DNA of 63,854 bases, filler included, from Reticulomyxa filosa (taxonomy: Eukaryota; Protista; Foraminifera), in assembly GCA_000512085.1 (NCBI GenBank). It is 21 parts of 21 records of this genome, joined end to end, with 100 filler letters (N's around TTAATTAATTAA, not from the genome) between each part and the next. Parts side by side here need not be neighbours in the genome. Positions count along the whole stretch, not along the records: positions 25,712 to 27,545 come from ASPP01013540.1; positions 27,646 to 29,843 come from ASPP01003495.1; positions 29,944 to 31,219 come from ASPP01007882.1; positions 31,320 to 32,930 come from ASPP01036706.1; positions 33,031 to 34,328 come from ASPP01028633.1; positions 34,429 to 36,174 come from ASPP01006356.1; positions 36,275 to 43,059 come from ASPP01043240.1; 14 more parts are not named here. One strand, written 5' to 3'. Shown here piece by piece: positions 26,110 through 39,630 of the stretch. The notes below the pieces were generated by a model, which saw nothing but the letters and a program-made list of their open reading frames with translations, did no database searches and had not been told where the DNA came from. The stretch's first letter is position 1. Each line of letters starts with the position of its first letter. A program made the translations under genes and the position numbers.

Positions 26110-26665
26110 CTTTGTGTTTGATTGATTTTTTTTATTTCATTCGAAAACGAGTGTCTTCTTCGTTTTTATGTGTCCTCTCAAAACATAGCCATCATTCCTT
26201 TTTTTTTTATTTATTTTTTGTTATCGCATCTTTAACTTTTTTATTATTATTTTTCACTCAGTCTAGCCACTCTCAATAAAAAAAAAAATTTTGGTTTGAT
26301 TGCCAGGATCTCTCAATTTGTTACTTTAAAACGAAGCGAACAAACCAACAAAAAACAAAACGAAACAATAATCCAAAAAAAAGGTGTTCTTTTGTAACAC
26401 GCCTACATTTACTAACAATAATTAAATGGAAAGGAATATTAATGTTTTCAAATATGACTAGTACTTATCAATCTCATAACATTTGGAAAATTTTTTAACA
26501 TAGCAAAAACTTCGAAACAAAGTTTAAACAACGAAAACAAGATCTAAAGTTAAAAAAAAACCACCAAAAGTAAATTTGTTGAACGACCTTAGTTATCGGT
26601 AACAATGCGGGTGCAAAACATAAATGAGAAGAAAGAACTTAGAAGGGAATGTCACAATTGCTTGG

Positions 26666-27520
26666 TCATGTATCCTTCTTAGTGGTGTGACGTTTTCCAA
26701 ATTTGTAAGCCAAAAACCATGTCCATAAAACAGAAATAGGTATGCAAATGTAGCCAATAATGTAAGAGGCCTTGGTTGTGTCGTCAACCAATCGCAGAGT
26801 CTGTGCAAAGCCATCGGCAGTGTGGTCATTGACACTGACACCAAATGTAATGACGTACGTGGGAACCATGATATCTCGAAGATTTCGCAATGACATATTG
26901 GTATTTTTGTATGTGTTGTCCACGGGCAAAGAATGGATAGGCAGAACAAGTTGCATCGACGCATTGGCCTTAAAGATTACCCCAGTGTTGGGTTCGACAC
27001 TAACATAAGAAGACTCATCTGATATATGTATATATGTATATGTTTGTGTATAATATAAGTGGGAAGCCCCTTTTATATATATATATATATATCTATTGCT
27101 CAGCAAACCTGCAGCAGGAAGCGACAGACCAAGATTGGGGTTATTTTTGGCGTAATACGGGGCGCCATAAAAATTGAGAAACGAGGCGAAGATGGGTATG
27201 TCGTCGTAGCACGAGGTCATGTTGAGGACGCCACTGGGTCCAAACTGATTGAACTGACTGTTGGGAGGATAGATTGTGGAATTGTCAAACTGTGGCGCGA
27301 TTGGGAATTTGATTTATACAATGGGATATCGCGATAGCTGTCTTTTCCAGAGTACTCCAATGCCAGTCCACGATACAGCACGTCTAAAAACAATGGTTGA
27401 ATGTCATTCTTGTCATTGCCATCCGTCAGCGCTTGCACGCCAAAATAGTACAAGCGATTGGGGGCCCACGCCATTGCAGGGTCCCAGCACGTGCAATATT
27501 CGGACTTTGCCAGTGTCTTT
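26666..27520 (-). CDS. CD36/LIMP-II (scavenger receptor class B) family protein, 3' part
   Basis: IPIFASFLNFYGA, SYVSVEPNTGVIFKANASMQL, and a C-terminal TM with a short basic tail; has an intron and a frameshift. Confidence 0.8.
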
Positions 27521-27645
27521 TTACACACACACACACACACACACANNNNNNNNNNNNNNNNNNNNNNNNNNNNNNNNNNNNNNNNNNNNTTAATTAATTA
27601 ANNNNNNNNNNNNNNNNNNNNNNNNNNNNNNNNNNNNNNNNNNNN

Positions 27646-28659
27646 CAAACGAACACTTTTATCATCTGATCCAGATAATATTATATTTTCCAGTTCATTT
27701 GATCCATATTTTACACTCATCACTACATCATGATGTCCTTTGAATAAAACTAATTGTTTGGCTGTTTCAATATCCCATATGCAAATAGTATCATCAGCAG
27801 ATCCAGAACAAATTGTATATCCATCACCACCAATTACACCAATACTATTACTTTTATCAATATTATTTCTATTGCTTTTCAATGGTGAAATATCAATACA
27901 CAAAACATGATCTTGGTGTCCACTGAAAATATGTAATGATTTGGATGTTTCGATATCCCATAAACGAACTGCTTTGTCAAATGACCCAGAACACAAATAT
28001 CTACCGCCATTAAATGACGAAAATTCAATTCCACAGATAGCACCAGGTTCATTGAATATTTGCAATTGTCGATTGTGTTTGAAATCCCAAAAGCGGATTG
28101 TTTTGTCCATTGATGAAGAACAAATGACATTTTGATGATTATTATGATAATGATATGGCGAAAACTTCACACAAAATACAGTGCCCAAATGTTCATTGAA
28201 TGATCGAATCTTTTTGTTAGTATCTATATCCCATACACAAACTGTTTTATCGGATGATCCAGAACAAATGAATTGTCTATCATCAAATATTGAGTAATCA
28301 ATACCCCACACATAATCGGTATGTCCAGTGAATATACTAAGTAATTTAGATGATGAACGAAACGTTTCAAACATTATGAAAACAGCTTTCTACATTAAAT
28401 GTGATTATTAAGGTAACAAATAAATATATTTGAACATATTGAATTAAAAAACATAACATAATTGGCAATAATTTTGTCAAAATCATTGATCCATCCTAAT
28501 TTAATTTGTGACAATCGAACCCAATGTTGAATAATTATTTGTATCTCTTCTTCTAGCTGATTAATCACAAATAATATGTATAGAAGGATTAAAGACAAGT
28601 TGCTTTTTGAAAGATTGAAAATGTAAGCTTACCAAGAACTGTTGAGTAATTGTGGTCAT
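27646..28659 (-). CDS. WD40-repeat protein with N-terminal IKLGW module, 3'-truncated
   Basis: Exon 1 MTTITQQFL; exon 2 LEEEIQIIIQHWVRLSQIKLGWINDFDKIIANY; exon 3 has five or more WD40 repeats. Confidence 0.93.
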
Positions 28660-28958
28660 TTTTTTTAGATTAGCTTAGATGATGGAAGAGAAAAATTGCT
28701 GGACTTTTTTCTGTTATTGATGAAGGTGCTATCAAAAATTAGAATTAATTTTGCTTGAAAAGGTTGTACTTTCAGAACAAAACTATTGGCATTTAAGATA
28801 TTTTAAACTAAGGATAAAAAAAGAAGGAAGTGCAAATAGAAATTAAATGGTGATTTTCGTTGGATTCTTCTAATTTTTTTTAAATCGAAAGAAAAAAGTG
28901 TTGTACAGAAAGAAACCTTTCGGTTCAACTAAACTCTCTAGGATAACACTTGCAAGTA

Positions 28959-29843
28959 ATGTCACAGCATCCAAAAGATGGAGCAAAGCCCGAAAAAAGA
29001 CGGGTGAGCTTTGCAAATGTTGCAACGGTGTGTCTTCACGGCAGTCCAAACCAGACGGGAGTGTTAGGAAACACTCGCACATCGCACATTCGATTGAACG
29101 ACGAAAGTATGGCAGCAAATGGCACTGGAAACATGGCAGAGCAATGTAAATCACCATCGAATCCTTTCTCTCCACCGCAGGCTCTCAACACAAGTGAGAA
29201 CAGTGACACATGTTTTATAATGAACACGTTCGGTCCAACCACAAGCATAGAAGACGACATTACCTCCACAGGTCAAGATATGGACATGGACATGACACCA
29301 CTTCGTCCATCGTCTTCTCTTCATCAAGTGGCATCAGTGCCAGCAACCGCAACAAAGACCCCTGTTTTTAATGATTGGTTGGCAGAGGTATGAACCAACT
29401 TGCTCGTTCCTCTTCCCCCTTCTTTTTTTTTTTTTTTTTTTTGTTTTCAAAGTATACGTATATACATATACATTTATGTATATATTATGCGTGTGTATAC
29501 AAATTTGAATACAATTGAAAAGGAACCAGTTTCCCCATTGACAGAAGCACCAGTGCCCAACTCTCCAATGTCAGCGGAGATAATGACAACAACAACAACA
29601 ACAAAAAACACATCGCGACGTCCGACCGCAGGACAAGAGCTGGCAGATCTGTTGGCAAATGAGCCGGATCACACTCTGCACGGAGATACTTTCCTTCCGA
29701 CCGATCCACACTTTGCACCGTCGCCTATTCCAATGCAGTCTGGAAGCGCAAAAGATATGCACACTGGCTTATTGTCACTCCCATCGTCACATCCTCCTCC
29801 TTTGCCTCCGTCCTCCCAAGACAGTAACCACGACGACAATAGC
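28959..29843 (+). CDS. Candidate KNL1/Spc105-like kinetochore scaffold N-terminus (disordered)
   Basis: N-terminal KRRVSFA (PP1-docking RVSF) and DMDMDMT (MELT-like) in an S/T/P-rich disordered sequence; one intron. Confidence 0.5.
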
Positions 29844-29943
29844 NNNNNNNNNNNNNNNNNNNNNNNNNNNNNNNNNNNNNNNNNNNNTTAATTAATTAAN
29901 NNNNNNNNNNNNNNNNNNNNNNNNNNNNNNNNNNNNNNNNNNN

Positions 29944-31219
29944 CGAGCTGGCGATGAAGCTGGAAGACCTCACCCGCGGCATCGGCATGCACGCCGGTGG
30001 CGTGCTGATCGCCCCCGGCAAGCTCACCGACTTCTGCCCGCTGTACATCGCCAGCGGCGAAGGCGCGTCGCCGGTGTCGATGTACGACAAGGACGACGTG
30101 GAGCAGATCGGCCTGGTGAAGTTCGACTTCCTGGGCCTGCGCAACCTCACCATCATCGAGCTGGCGCAAAAGTCATCAAGGACGTCAGCGGCCAGGACGT
30201 GGACGTGGCCAAGCTGCCGCTGGATGACCAGCTGGCGTACAAGGTATTCGCCAGCGGCAACACCACCGGCGTGTTCCAGTTTGAATCCACCGGTATGAAA
30301 AAGATGCTGGTGGAGGCCAAGCCCAGCAAGTTCGAAGAAATTATCGCCTTCGTGGCCTTGTACCGGCCGGGCCCGATGGACCTGATTCCCGACTTCATCC
30401 AGCGGATGCACGGCGCCAAGTTCGAGTACCTGCACCCGTTGCTGGAGCCGGTACTGGCCCCTACCTACGGCATTATGGTGTACCAGGAACAGGTGATGCA
30501 GGCCGCGCAGGTGTGTGGCGGCTACAGCCTGGGCGGCGCCGACTTGCTGCGCCGCGCGATGGGTAAAAAGAAGGTCGAGGAAATGGTGGCGCAGCGCGCC
30601 ATGTTCGTGAAAGGCGCGGCCGGCAACGGCATCGACGAGGCCAAGGCCAACGAAATCTTCGACTACATGGAGAAGTTCGCCGGCTACGGCTTCAACAAGT
30701 CGCACGCGGCCGCTTACGCGCTGGTGGCCTACCACACCGCCTGGCTGAAAGCGCACCACTGCGCCGCCTACATGGCTGCCACCATGTCCACCGAACTGGA
30801 CAACACCGACCAGCTGAAGGTGTTCTACGACGACGCCACCGACGGCAAGAACGGCCTCACCTTCCTGCCGCCGGACGTCAACCACAGCTTCTACCGCTTC
30901 GTGCCGGTAGACCGCAAACACATCCGCTACGCGCTGGGCGCCATCAAGGGCACCGGCGAGTCGGCAGTGGAACACCTGGTGAAGGTGCGCGAGGAAGGCG
31001 GCCCGTTCAGCAGCCTGTTCGACTTCTGCAACCGCACCGCAAAAAGCTGGTCAACAAGCGCGTGATCGAGGCGCTGATCCGCGCCGGCGCCTTCGACAGC
31101 ATCGAGCCCAACCGCGCGCTGCTGTTCAACAACGTGGCACTGGCGATGACCGCCGCCGAACAGCAAGCGGCCAACGCCAACCAGGGCGGCCTGTTCGACA
31201 TGTTCGACGACGACAGCGC
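29944..31219 (+). CDS. dnaE: Bacterial DNA polymerase III alpha subunit, internal fragment (foreign contig)
   Basis: [67 protein letters not shown]-rich and intronless, with two single-base frameshifts. Confidence 0.98.
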
Positions 31220-31366
31220 NNNNNNNNNNNNNNNNNNNNNNNNNNNNNNNNNNNNNNNNNNNNTTAATTAATTAANNNNNNNNNNNNNNNNNNNNNNNNN
31301 NNNNNNNNNNNNNNNNNNNAAAAAAAAAAATGTTGTTTTCATTAAAAAAAACAAAACTTTGTATTT

Positions 31367-31986
31367 CTATCTGGTATCCCCAGTATAATTTGATTTTTTG
31401 TACATCACATACACATAGATTCCTGCACCCATGCCAAAAGCTATCAACGTGTAGATCCATGATATAGCAATCATCGGACCAAGGCAAAGCACAAATCCCC
31501 AACAAAGCATTGTATTTGTGGTAGTAACGAAAATATGGACGCCACGCGGTTGAATGACTAATGCCATCACAAAACAAGCCAGTGATATGAAGTCGTAACG
31601 TTCCCAAAAAAAACTGTTGAAACAACAGCAACAAACAAATAAACATGGCATTACGTAAATACAAAGCTAATTTTTTCTTCCCCCTCCTCTTTCTTTCCTC
31701 TTGACGACGTATCAATCATAAGTCTCAATGCTTCATGAAAAGTTCATATCACACAAAAAAAAAAAATTTATGCAAGCAAGGGTGCAACAACACTCAAATC
31801 ACCGATCAAAACACACATAAGTGAAATGGCAAAACACGTCATTGCCGAGGCCACCGGGTCACCTTTGTAATTGATCTTGCCAAATACCTTGAGGATTGGT
31901 AATACGTTGTCGTTGGCCACCGACATGAGAACTCTTGTAGCGCATAACTGCACACTCAACACACTGCTAAGCGTTGCAACGTGCAC
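31367..31986 (-). pseudogene. SLC12 cation-chloride cotransporter fragment, frameshifted
   Basis: ATLSSVLS...RVLMSVANDNVLP, LIGDLSVVAP, WRPYFRYY, ISWIY. No upstream exons are evident. Confidence 0.8.
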
Positions 31987-32325
31987 TAATTCGGCAATTT
32001 GTCAATTTTCACATCAGCTGCAAGCAATGAATCTCGATACACTTGAAATTTTCCATATTTTCCGTCAAAAAGTTTATTAAACTCACTTTGGGCTGATATT
32101 TCAAATTACAAATTAATTGAACAAGTTTTTCTCCTAAAAGTTTTTAAGTTAAATACCCAAAAAATTAATACTTCAATTGCATCATTTTGATATTGAAAAT
32201 TTGATTTCTTTGATCATGAAATTTTTGTTTTGATTTACAAAAATAAAGTTGTTATGTTTGGATATGCACGCAATCAAAAACAATGCAAAACATTTATTTA
32301 AAACAAAGAAGCATCTTTCAAAAAA

Positions 32326-32930
32326 TGAATTGAGATTTGCTGGAACAACAACCGGTGGTACGTTTCATTTCAACTCATCCTTCAGAAAGGGTTGTCTTTA
32401 AAATTTAGCTTATTGTGATTTCAGATAAATCTATCAGAAGAAGAAATCAAAGTAATTATTAAATATTGGGTTCGAATATTAAACATCAAATTAGGATGGA
32501 TTCAGGATTTCGACAGGCTTGTTGTTAAATATGTTAAGTTTATTTTTTGTTTCATTTGATAGAAAATATTTATTATGTTCATAATTTAATACAGGCTACT
32601 AACTTTTTCATGCTTGGAGTGTTTCTTTCATTATCCAAATTGCTTAAGATTTTCACTGGACACACTGGAATTGTGTGGAGGATTGATTTTTTCACACTCA
32701 ATGATTGTAAGTCATTTGTTCTGGACCAGGTGCTAAAACAGTTCGTGTATGGGATGTAAAGACCAATCAACAAATTCAATCATTCGACGGACATTCAGAT
32801 CCTGTATATTGCGTAAAATTTTCGCATTATCATCATTATAACAATCGTCGTAATATCATTTGTTTTTCATCATATGAAAAACTATTCGGGGATATCGGTG
32901 TGATTGGTGGAAATGGATATACAATTTGTT
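32326..32930 (+). pseudogene. WD40 pseudogene with IKLGW module
   Basis: Early stop in exon 1; module exon 32425-32532; FTGHTGIVW followed by frameshifts and internal deletions. Confidence 0.85.
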
Positions 32931-34710
32931 NNNNNNNNNNNNNNNNNNNNNNNNNNNNNNNNNNNNNNNNNNNNTTAATTAATTAANNNNNNNNNNNNNN
33001 NNNNNNNNNNNNNNNNNNNNNNNNNNNNNNTGAGAGCGATGCGTCATATCTTTTAATGCTTCCGATTGACTGTTGAGAATTTCAATAATTTGCAAATCGT
33101 TCGAACATTTTTTTAGTTAGTCTTTTTATTGTTATAAAGAAATGTTTTGTTGGTATTTTTTCTATTTACATTGGAACGAGAATGCGTATTAAATGTCAAA
33201 ATGTACCATAAATTATTGCTATTTTCAAGGATTAATAATAAAAAATTACACTGAAGTGTCCAAATTAAGTCAGGACGTTGAAACGAAATATTTTCAATCG
33301 ATTGATGAAGTTCTGGTGAAATAACTTTGATTTTTGACAAAGTTAGACTGCGATCATTTTTTTTTTGTCTTTACATAATACTTCATGGCCAATTAATTTT
33401 TTTTTTATGAATTTGGAATTGTGTAAGCGTTGCTTATAGCTGGAGATGCTTTAGTTTACTTTTTTTTATTATTTATTTTGCAATTGATGCATTTGCAAAT
33501 AAGTATTTTTGCATATTCTTTTATTGCTTCACTTTTTGCCTTCGAGTTGATTGATTTATATAGTGAGATTTAAAGTATTTAACTATTGAAATAATTACTT
33601 TTTCGCTATTTGAATTATTGTAACATATACTTCATATTATTTCTTCATGAAAAAAATTGATTATTTTTATAAAGTGCAATTTTAGTTAACTTTTTTTTGT
33701 ATTATACAAAATTTCAATACATAAATTTTATTATAACATGTCTGATTCTTTTTTAGCAATTATTTACAATTATATCACTTGTAGTTATAAAAATTTGTAT
33801 ATTTGAGTCATTTTGAGAAAATAAAATTCAGTATCAATGTATTCTATTATTTGTCGAATCCTTAAAATCAACTTTATATAATTAACTTTTCTTTATTATT
33901 TGCAGAAAACAAATTTGAACATTCAATAATATAATTTTTGAAATAATTAATTCTAATTATCATAATTGAAAAAAAGCGAAATTGAAGATACGTAAAGTTT
34001 AAGCAAAAATGAAAAACTTGTAAATCATAATCAGTTTGCAATCATTTACAAATTGTTGAATTTGTGAAATTGAATATGTAGTAGTTACAATTAATGCAAT
34101 CGTTTATATAATCATACAAATTATGTAGAAAAATAATTCCGTATTCTACAATTACACTAGCAATATAACTATTTTTCTAATAGTATTAAAAAAAACACTA
34201 GTGCATATAGTCAATACATAATGTTTTCGCAGTTTTATTATCATGTATTGTCCAGATAATGGCTTGTCAATAAAAAAGATTATCTTTTGTTTATATTATT
34301 GCAGTTGCGTTATCTGATATTTGCCATTNNNNNNNNNNNNNNNNNNNNNNNNNNNNNNNNNNNNNNNNNNNNTTAATTAATTAANNNNNNNNNNNNNNNN
34401 NNNNNNNNNNNNNNNNNNNNNNNNNNNNTTTTTTTTTTTTTTTATATCTTAATTGCATCAACAACAACAACAACAAAAAATTACCGAACTGGGAACAATG
34501 AAAACAAAAAAAATTTTACTGACAAAGCAAATTTTGTGTTGTTGAAAAAATGCTCGTTCTACTTCCCCTTTCTTTTTTGTATATTCCTTACTTGCCTTTT
34601 TCTCTCCTCCTCCATATCTCTTGTATGAGCTGGAGGATGAACATGAATATGAAAATAAATAAATAATAATGGGCCATTAACGATAGAACCTTGAATCATT
34701 AAACCAAAAG

Positions 34711-35036
34711 TTGGAAAAAATCTACGCGACGGTGTCGCAGCTGAGCCAAATTGTGAACATTTTGAATACTTGCCGAAGTGGTGGTGATGGGGCAATGCTA
34801 TCGCAGATGAAGAGAAGGAACAGGGATGACTTGCTTCCAAAATTGGAGCAACAAGTTCAAGACATGATTTCCGTCGCATTTTTCAGTTCGCAGTGCAAGG
34901 AATTTGAATTGTTGTTCAAACTTTTTTTTGAATATGGTTTCATTCATTTTAAACGAGTTAACTTAATAAACAACAAATCCGACTCTCTTTCTCTTTTGAG
35001 TCATTTATCAAAGCAGCTACGTGCAGTGTCTACAAT

Positions 35037-35075
<39 letters not shown>

Positions 35076-36174
35076 GTATAGTGAGATGCTGAACGACGAA
35101 AATGAAAATAGCAACGAGATGACAAGTGAAGACGAACATGACAGCTTGAGCGAATCGGAAAGGGGAAAAGGAGACGGGACGACCGAATTGTTTGCGAAGG
35201 AAGATTTGGAGTGGGCGCTCGACGGGAACAAAAAAGCGACGGGAGACTCCAAAGACGAGTGGCAGCGTCCCAAAACGATACGTGCGAAGACGACGTCGGA
35301 CAAGCTGTTGAATGACAAAAATGTGAAGCAGTTTGTGTGGATTTGCGAAAGGTTGCATCAACTGAAATGGCTGTCCGAATTGAAGCCTTTGGTAATGAGT
35401 GTGGCCCATCGTTACATCGACCAAGAGCTGCTGCGAACGTACGCCGCCAATCCCAGTCAACATTTGGAGTCATGCAGCGATAGTGCAAGTGTCTATGCTA
35501 ACAACTATCACAACCAACACGATGACGACGATGACAATGCACTCCTCGGTCCGAACCATCCTATTTGCTACGACATTTTCATGAAAAAGGGTATGCTTAA
35601 GCAATTTCAAGATTGGACCACTAACGTCGTTTTAAGATGGATCCACATCGTGTTTGTGCATACTAACTCAGTTTTGTGTTTGCTTTATCATTAAGGTATA
35701 TATATACATATATATATATATATGTATATATTTATATATATATATATGTATATATTTATATATGGATATGGATTATAGATAGAAAAGACAGAGTCACTAA
35801 GCAAAAATAATCGCGTATTTGGCAAGCGACGAAACTTTGGAGCGACAAGTCGTAAGATGTCCTTATCATGTATATCACCTTGCTCTTGGCCAGCGGAAGG
35901 CGAAGCGAGCGCATCGCCTTGTGTGCGGAAGACGAAACTATGGGCGGAAGACCGCACCGAGGATTGGCTGAACAATCCGTTGATTCAAAGCATTCGTGGG
36001 TCGTTGGACACCTTGCTCTACGAAAAGTTTGGACGAATGCGAATCAACGAACTCTTTGACATTATCATGGTGTGGGACAAGTCCAGTCCCGCTTTGCATG
36101 ATCTCAAAACTTGTCTCAAGCATACCGCGTTACGTATTTGTATTTGCGTATACGTGGACTCCATCTTATATATA
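34711..36174 (+). CDS. ANAPC2: Anaphase-promoting complex subunit 2, N-terminal part
   Basis: LLYEKFGRMRINELFDIIMVWDKSSPALHDLKTCLKHT matches the APC2 signature; introns are (TA)n-rich. Confidence 0.82.
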
Positions 36175-36354
36175 NNNNNNNNNNNNNNNNNNNNNNNNNN
36201 NNNNNNNNNNNNNNNNNNTTAATTAATTAANNNNNNNNNNNNNNNNNNNNNNNNNNNNNNNNNNNNNNNNNNNNTTTTTTTTTTTTTTTAATAAAAAAAA
36301 AAAAAAAAAAAAAAAAAACAAAAAAAAAAACCAGCCAACAGTCTGAAAGATTGA

Positions 36355-36962
36355 ATGAACTTACCAATGCTAGTTGCATTGAAGTTTCTTTTTCATGGTT
36401 AGTCATTCTTTTGTTTTTTTTCTTTTGAGATTAGTTTTGATGAACAAATATTTGAAAGGGTTTTCACAACACGTTCTGTAAAATAATTAGATATACACAA
36501 ATGATTATTATTATATAATTAACTTTCTTAAATAGGTAAGAGATTTTCAATCGTTAATGGCTTTACAAGGATATAGTCATACAGTGAATATTGTAGCATT
36601 TTCTGCAGATGGTCGTAAGATTATTTCAGCATCAGATGATCATACTGTTCAAATATGAGATACTGTTGTTTCATGCTCAACAAACGGAATAATTCGATTA
36701 TGGAAGATTTATATAGGATATGACATATAAGCTTTTTCTCAGATGAAAAAAATATTATATCAAGTAAATTTATTACATCATGTAATATGTGAATGATGTA
36801 AAATTTCTTCCGTTGTGTGTAAGGCATATAGTTGAATTGAAATCAAGAACAGAAATATAAACTTTGGAAGAATATCATAATTTAAGATTTGTGTCTCAGA
36901 ATGGTAATAATACAATTTCATTAGGTTCTAAAAATTATATCATTCAAATTTGTGGATTATAA
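36355..36962 (+). pseudogene. WD40 pseudogene, internally deleted
   Basis: LQGYSHTVNIVAFSADGRKIISASDDHTVQI*D, followed by degenerate repeats. Confidence 0.75.
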
Positions 36963-37314
36963 CATTTTTGAAGATGTAATATTTATTCAACCGTCTTAAA
37001 CTTTGATGCTTTCATAACTCTTTACGGATAATCTAATTAAAATGTGATACAAGATTTTTTTGTTTCTCTCAATTCAATCATATGCCTATTTTACTGAAAA
37101 AAATGCATTTAAATGCAATATATTATCAATTAACCTTTTTTTGGAATAAAGTGTATAATTACTTGTACTGTTGTCAGAAGTAAATTAAATATTATATCAT
37201 TATTTTATTTCAATAACAAACAGTATTGCAATGATCTAATATTCTAAAGGCCAATGTTAATGATTATTATAAGCATAGTACTGAATACTTAATATCAAAT
37301 TTAAATTAATACAT

Positions 37315-37700
37315 ATACTTTGGGAAGCCGCGACAAAGCGCAGCTTGAATGAAAACATTATTGAGTCAGGCCAATCAAAACGATTGTCTGAAGGATGATT
37401 TATTGGCAGAGTGCATTTATCTCATATAGATTACCCAAACACAAATACATCCTCCTTTTTCCTCACAGTTAAGTAAGGATTTTTGATTTTCGATTTTAGG
37501 ATATTGTGTTGAAATAGTACAACCAATTCTCAATCCATACTTATCTATATACCATTGAGTTACACGCACTTTAGTACCATTTTTTATATTTTTATTAGTG
37601 CAAATAATAATCAAGACATCTCATTTTCTTATTTCGAAAAAGTTATTCACAACACAAAGATTCTGTAATTGTCATTTGCACAAAGTCATCAAATTGAATG
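37315..37700 (-). mobile_element. Possible decayed PIF1-family helicase C-terminus (Helitron-like relic)
   Basis: FEIRK*DVLIIICTNKNIKNGTKVRV resembles LxLKxG..MLxxN..NGT; SANKSS..QS and VFIQAALCR resemble TxxKSQGQS and YVALSR. Confidence 0.4.
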
Positions 37701-37974
37701 GAAGTTCGTTTTGTATAAGTTGAAGTCTATTCACGAATGTCTTTGTGACATGCCCAATCAAAAATATTGTATGGAATTGGTTAATAAAAAAATAACATTA
37801 TTGAATCAGAGGAAAAAAATATATTTGTAATATCGATAGCATAAAGACTTAATTTGTCTATCAACCTTTTTTTAAAAAAAAAAATTGGTAAATTTCATAA
37901 TTATGAAACAAAAACCATTTTTAAAGAATGTGGCCAATAGATATTTTAATTGTACTATGCAATGCAAAATTCAT

Positions 37975-39180
37975 TTCATCTATTGTATTTATAATAATTT
38001 GATCAAAATCATTTATCCATCCTAATTTTATCTTTAAAGTTCGAATCAAATATTGAATAGCAAATTTTATTTCTTTCATTGACTGTTTATTATTTATTAT
38101 TTGTCAATCAGTTTTATACAATAAGATTTATTTGTCTTTCATCAAAATAAATAAAAAATAAACAAATCATTACCAACTGTGAATGATCCCATACACGCAC
38201 TTTAGTTTTTATATGAGTTAATACTTCTGTTTTATCATCTACTCCTCCAATGATGTGTATATTATTGTCCTCTTCACTCAATATTGCAATACATGCAAAT
38301 AATGGACTGGATAAAGTGTCTTGAAATGTCATCCATTTGTTTTCTCGAATTGAATACTTGTGCACCGATTTTGAAATAATTAATTCATTATTGATCCAAC
38401 TATATCCACCAAAGAACAAAATAACATCATTGATACACACATATGCATATCTTAACCGTGTAATATCTTTATAAACATGTATTTGACGAAATTGAAAAGT
38501 GTTTTTATCTTCATCATATTCAATTGACAATCCTGCTTTTTTACAAAATAACAGCATTTGATAATTTTGTTTATTTTTTTGTTCATTTTCTGATTTTGAT
38601 ACAAAGCAATGATATTCAATATAATTTTTAGCTGGTAAAGTATCATGTTTAATAAATTGAAATGTATTTAAATCAAACACACTAATATTCGTTGGTAGAT
38701 AAGTGATAAATAACAAATTATTGTTTATTCCACCAATCACTGCACGCACTCCTACATATTTATCATTATCTCTTCCAATTATAATTGGATGATTTTTATT
38801 GTCTGTAAAAGGAATCCATTCATTGTAATTGTTTAATTCATTTGATTTGTTTAATATATTATCCCAAATACTTACATATTTCATTACAAATGTATGTTTA
38901 TTTTTTCCCATAACAATCAGATCCAAAAGATAATAAAGTAATTTGATTGCTGTGTTTATTGTTGTTATCTATGAGCTTCACTACACAATGTCCCCATAAT
39001 GTAGCATCACTTTGGATACTCACAGATAAGTCTGTATTCGTTTTTGAGTGTATGATAAGAATAACAAGCACTTTCCTTCCAACTTCCGCAAATGAGGAGT
39101 TCGTGTTTGTGTAGCACACATTGAGGTCCTTGAAGTGGAATAGGCAAATCCTTCAAAGTTTCAAAGATTTGGTTACTCAT
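37975..39180 (-). pseudogene. Kelch-like beta-propeller gene with C-terminal IKLGW module, frameshifted
   Basis: QCVLHKHELLICG, RAVIGG, ILFFGG, VHKYS...W, IHIIGG. The last exon is SMKEIKFAIQYLIRTLKIKLGWINDFDQII. Confidence 0.85.
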
Positions 39181-39442
39181 GTTTGTTAATGTTGAGGAAA
39201 TATCAAGTGGTTAGATTTTTTAAAAGGGAACATACAAGCACAAATTTGTCATTTGTGGAGATAATGATCAAAGGAAACGTTATCTTATTGACAATTTTTA
39301 ATTGTGCAAGATTTTATTTTAATATTTTCTTTGATCCATTTGGGAATATCTTTATGTTATTTTCAAGTGGATCGATATTTTAGAGCAAACATCATTTTAT
39401 TTGTATGCTTGTTCCTCGTTCCTTTTTTTAAAAAAAATCAGC

Positions 39443-39630
39443 ATGGGTAATCGAAATACAACTCATTTTCAAACTTTACAAGGAGTTGCCAACTCGATTT
39501 GAAGAATCTCAATGTGTGCTACACAAACACGAACTTCTCATTTGTGGAGGTTATAAACAAAGAACTTGTTATTCTTATCATACACTCAAAAACAAATACA
39601 AGTTTATCTGTGAGTATCCAAGTGATGTCA
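39443..39630 (+). pseudogene. 5' fragment of a paralogous Kelch-like gene
   Basis: MGNRNTTHFQTL / SQCVLHKHELLICGGYKQRTCYSYHTLKNKYKFICEYPSDV, then an abrupt end. Confidence 0.85.

Noticed and set aside
29896-30975. 359-aa antisense ORF opposite dnaE
   Set aside because: Typical shadow ORF of GC-rich coding DNA.
27646-32930. Horizontal transfer of dnaE next to eukaryotic genes
   Set aside because: The contig is bounded by spacers on both sides, so there is no physical linkage.
33031-34328. AT-rich contig, and likewise 53357-54482
   Set aside because: No supportable gene, RNA or repeat structure seen.
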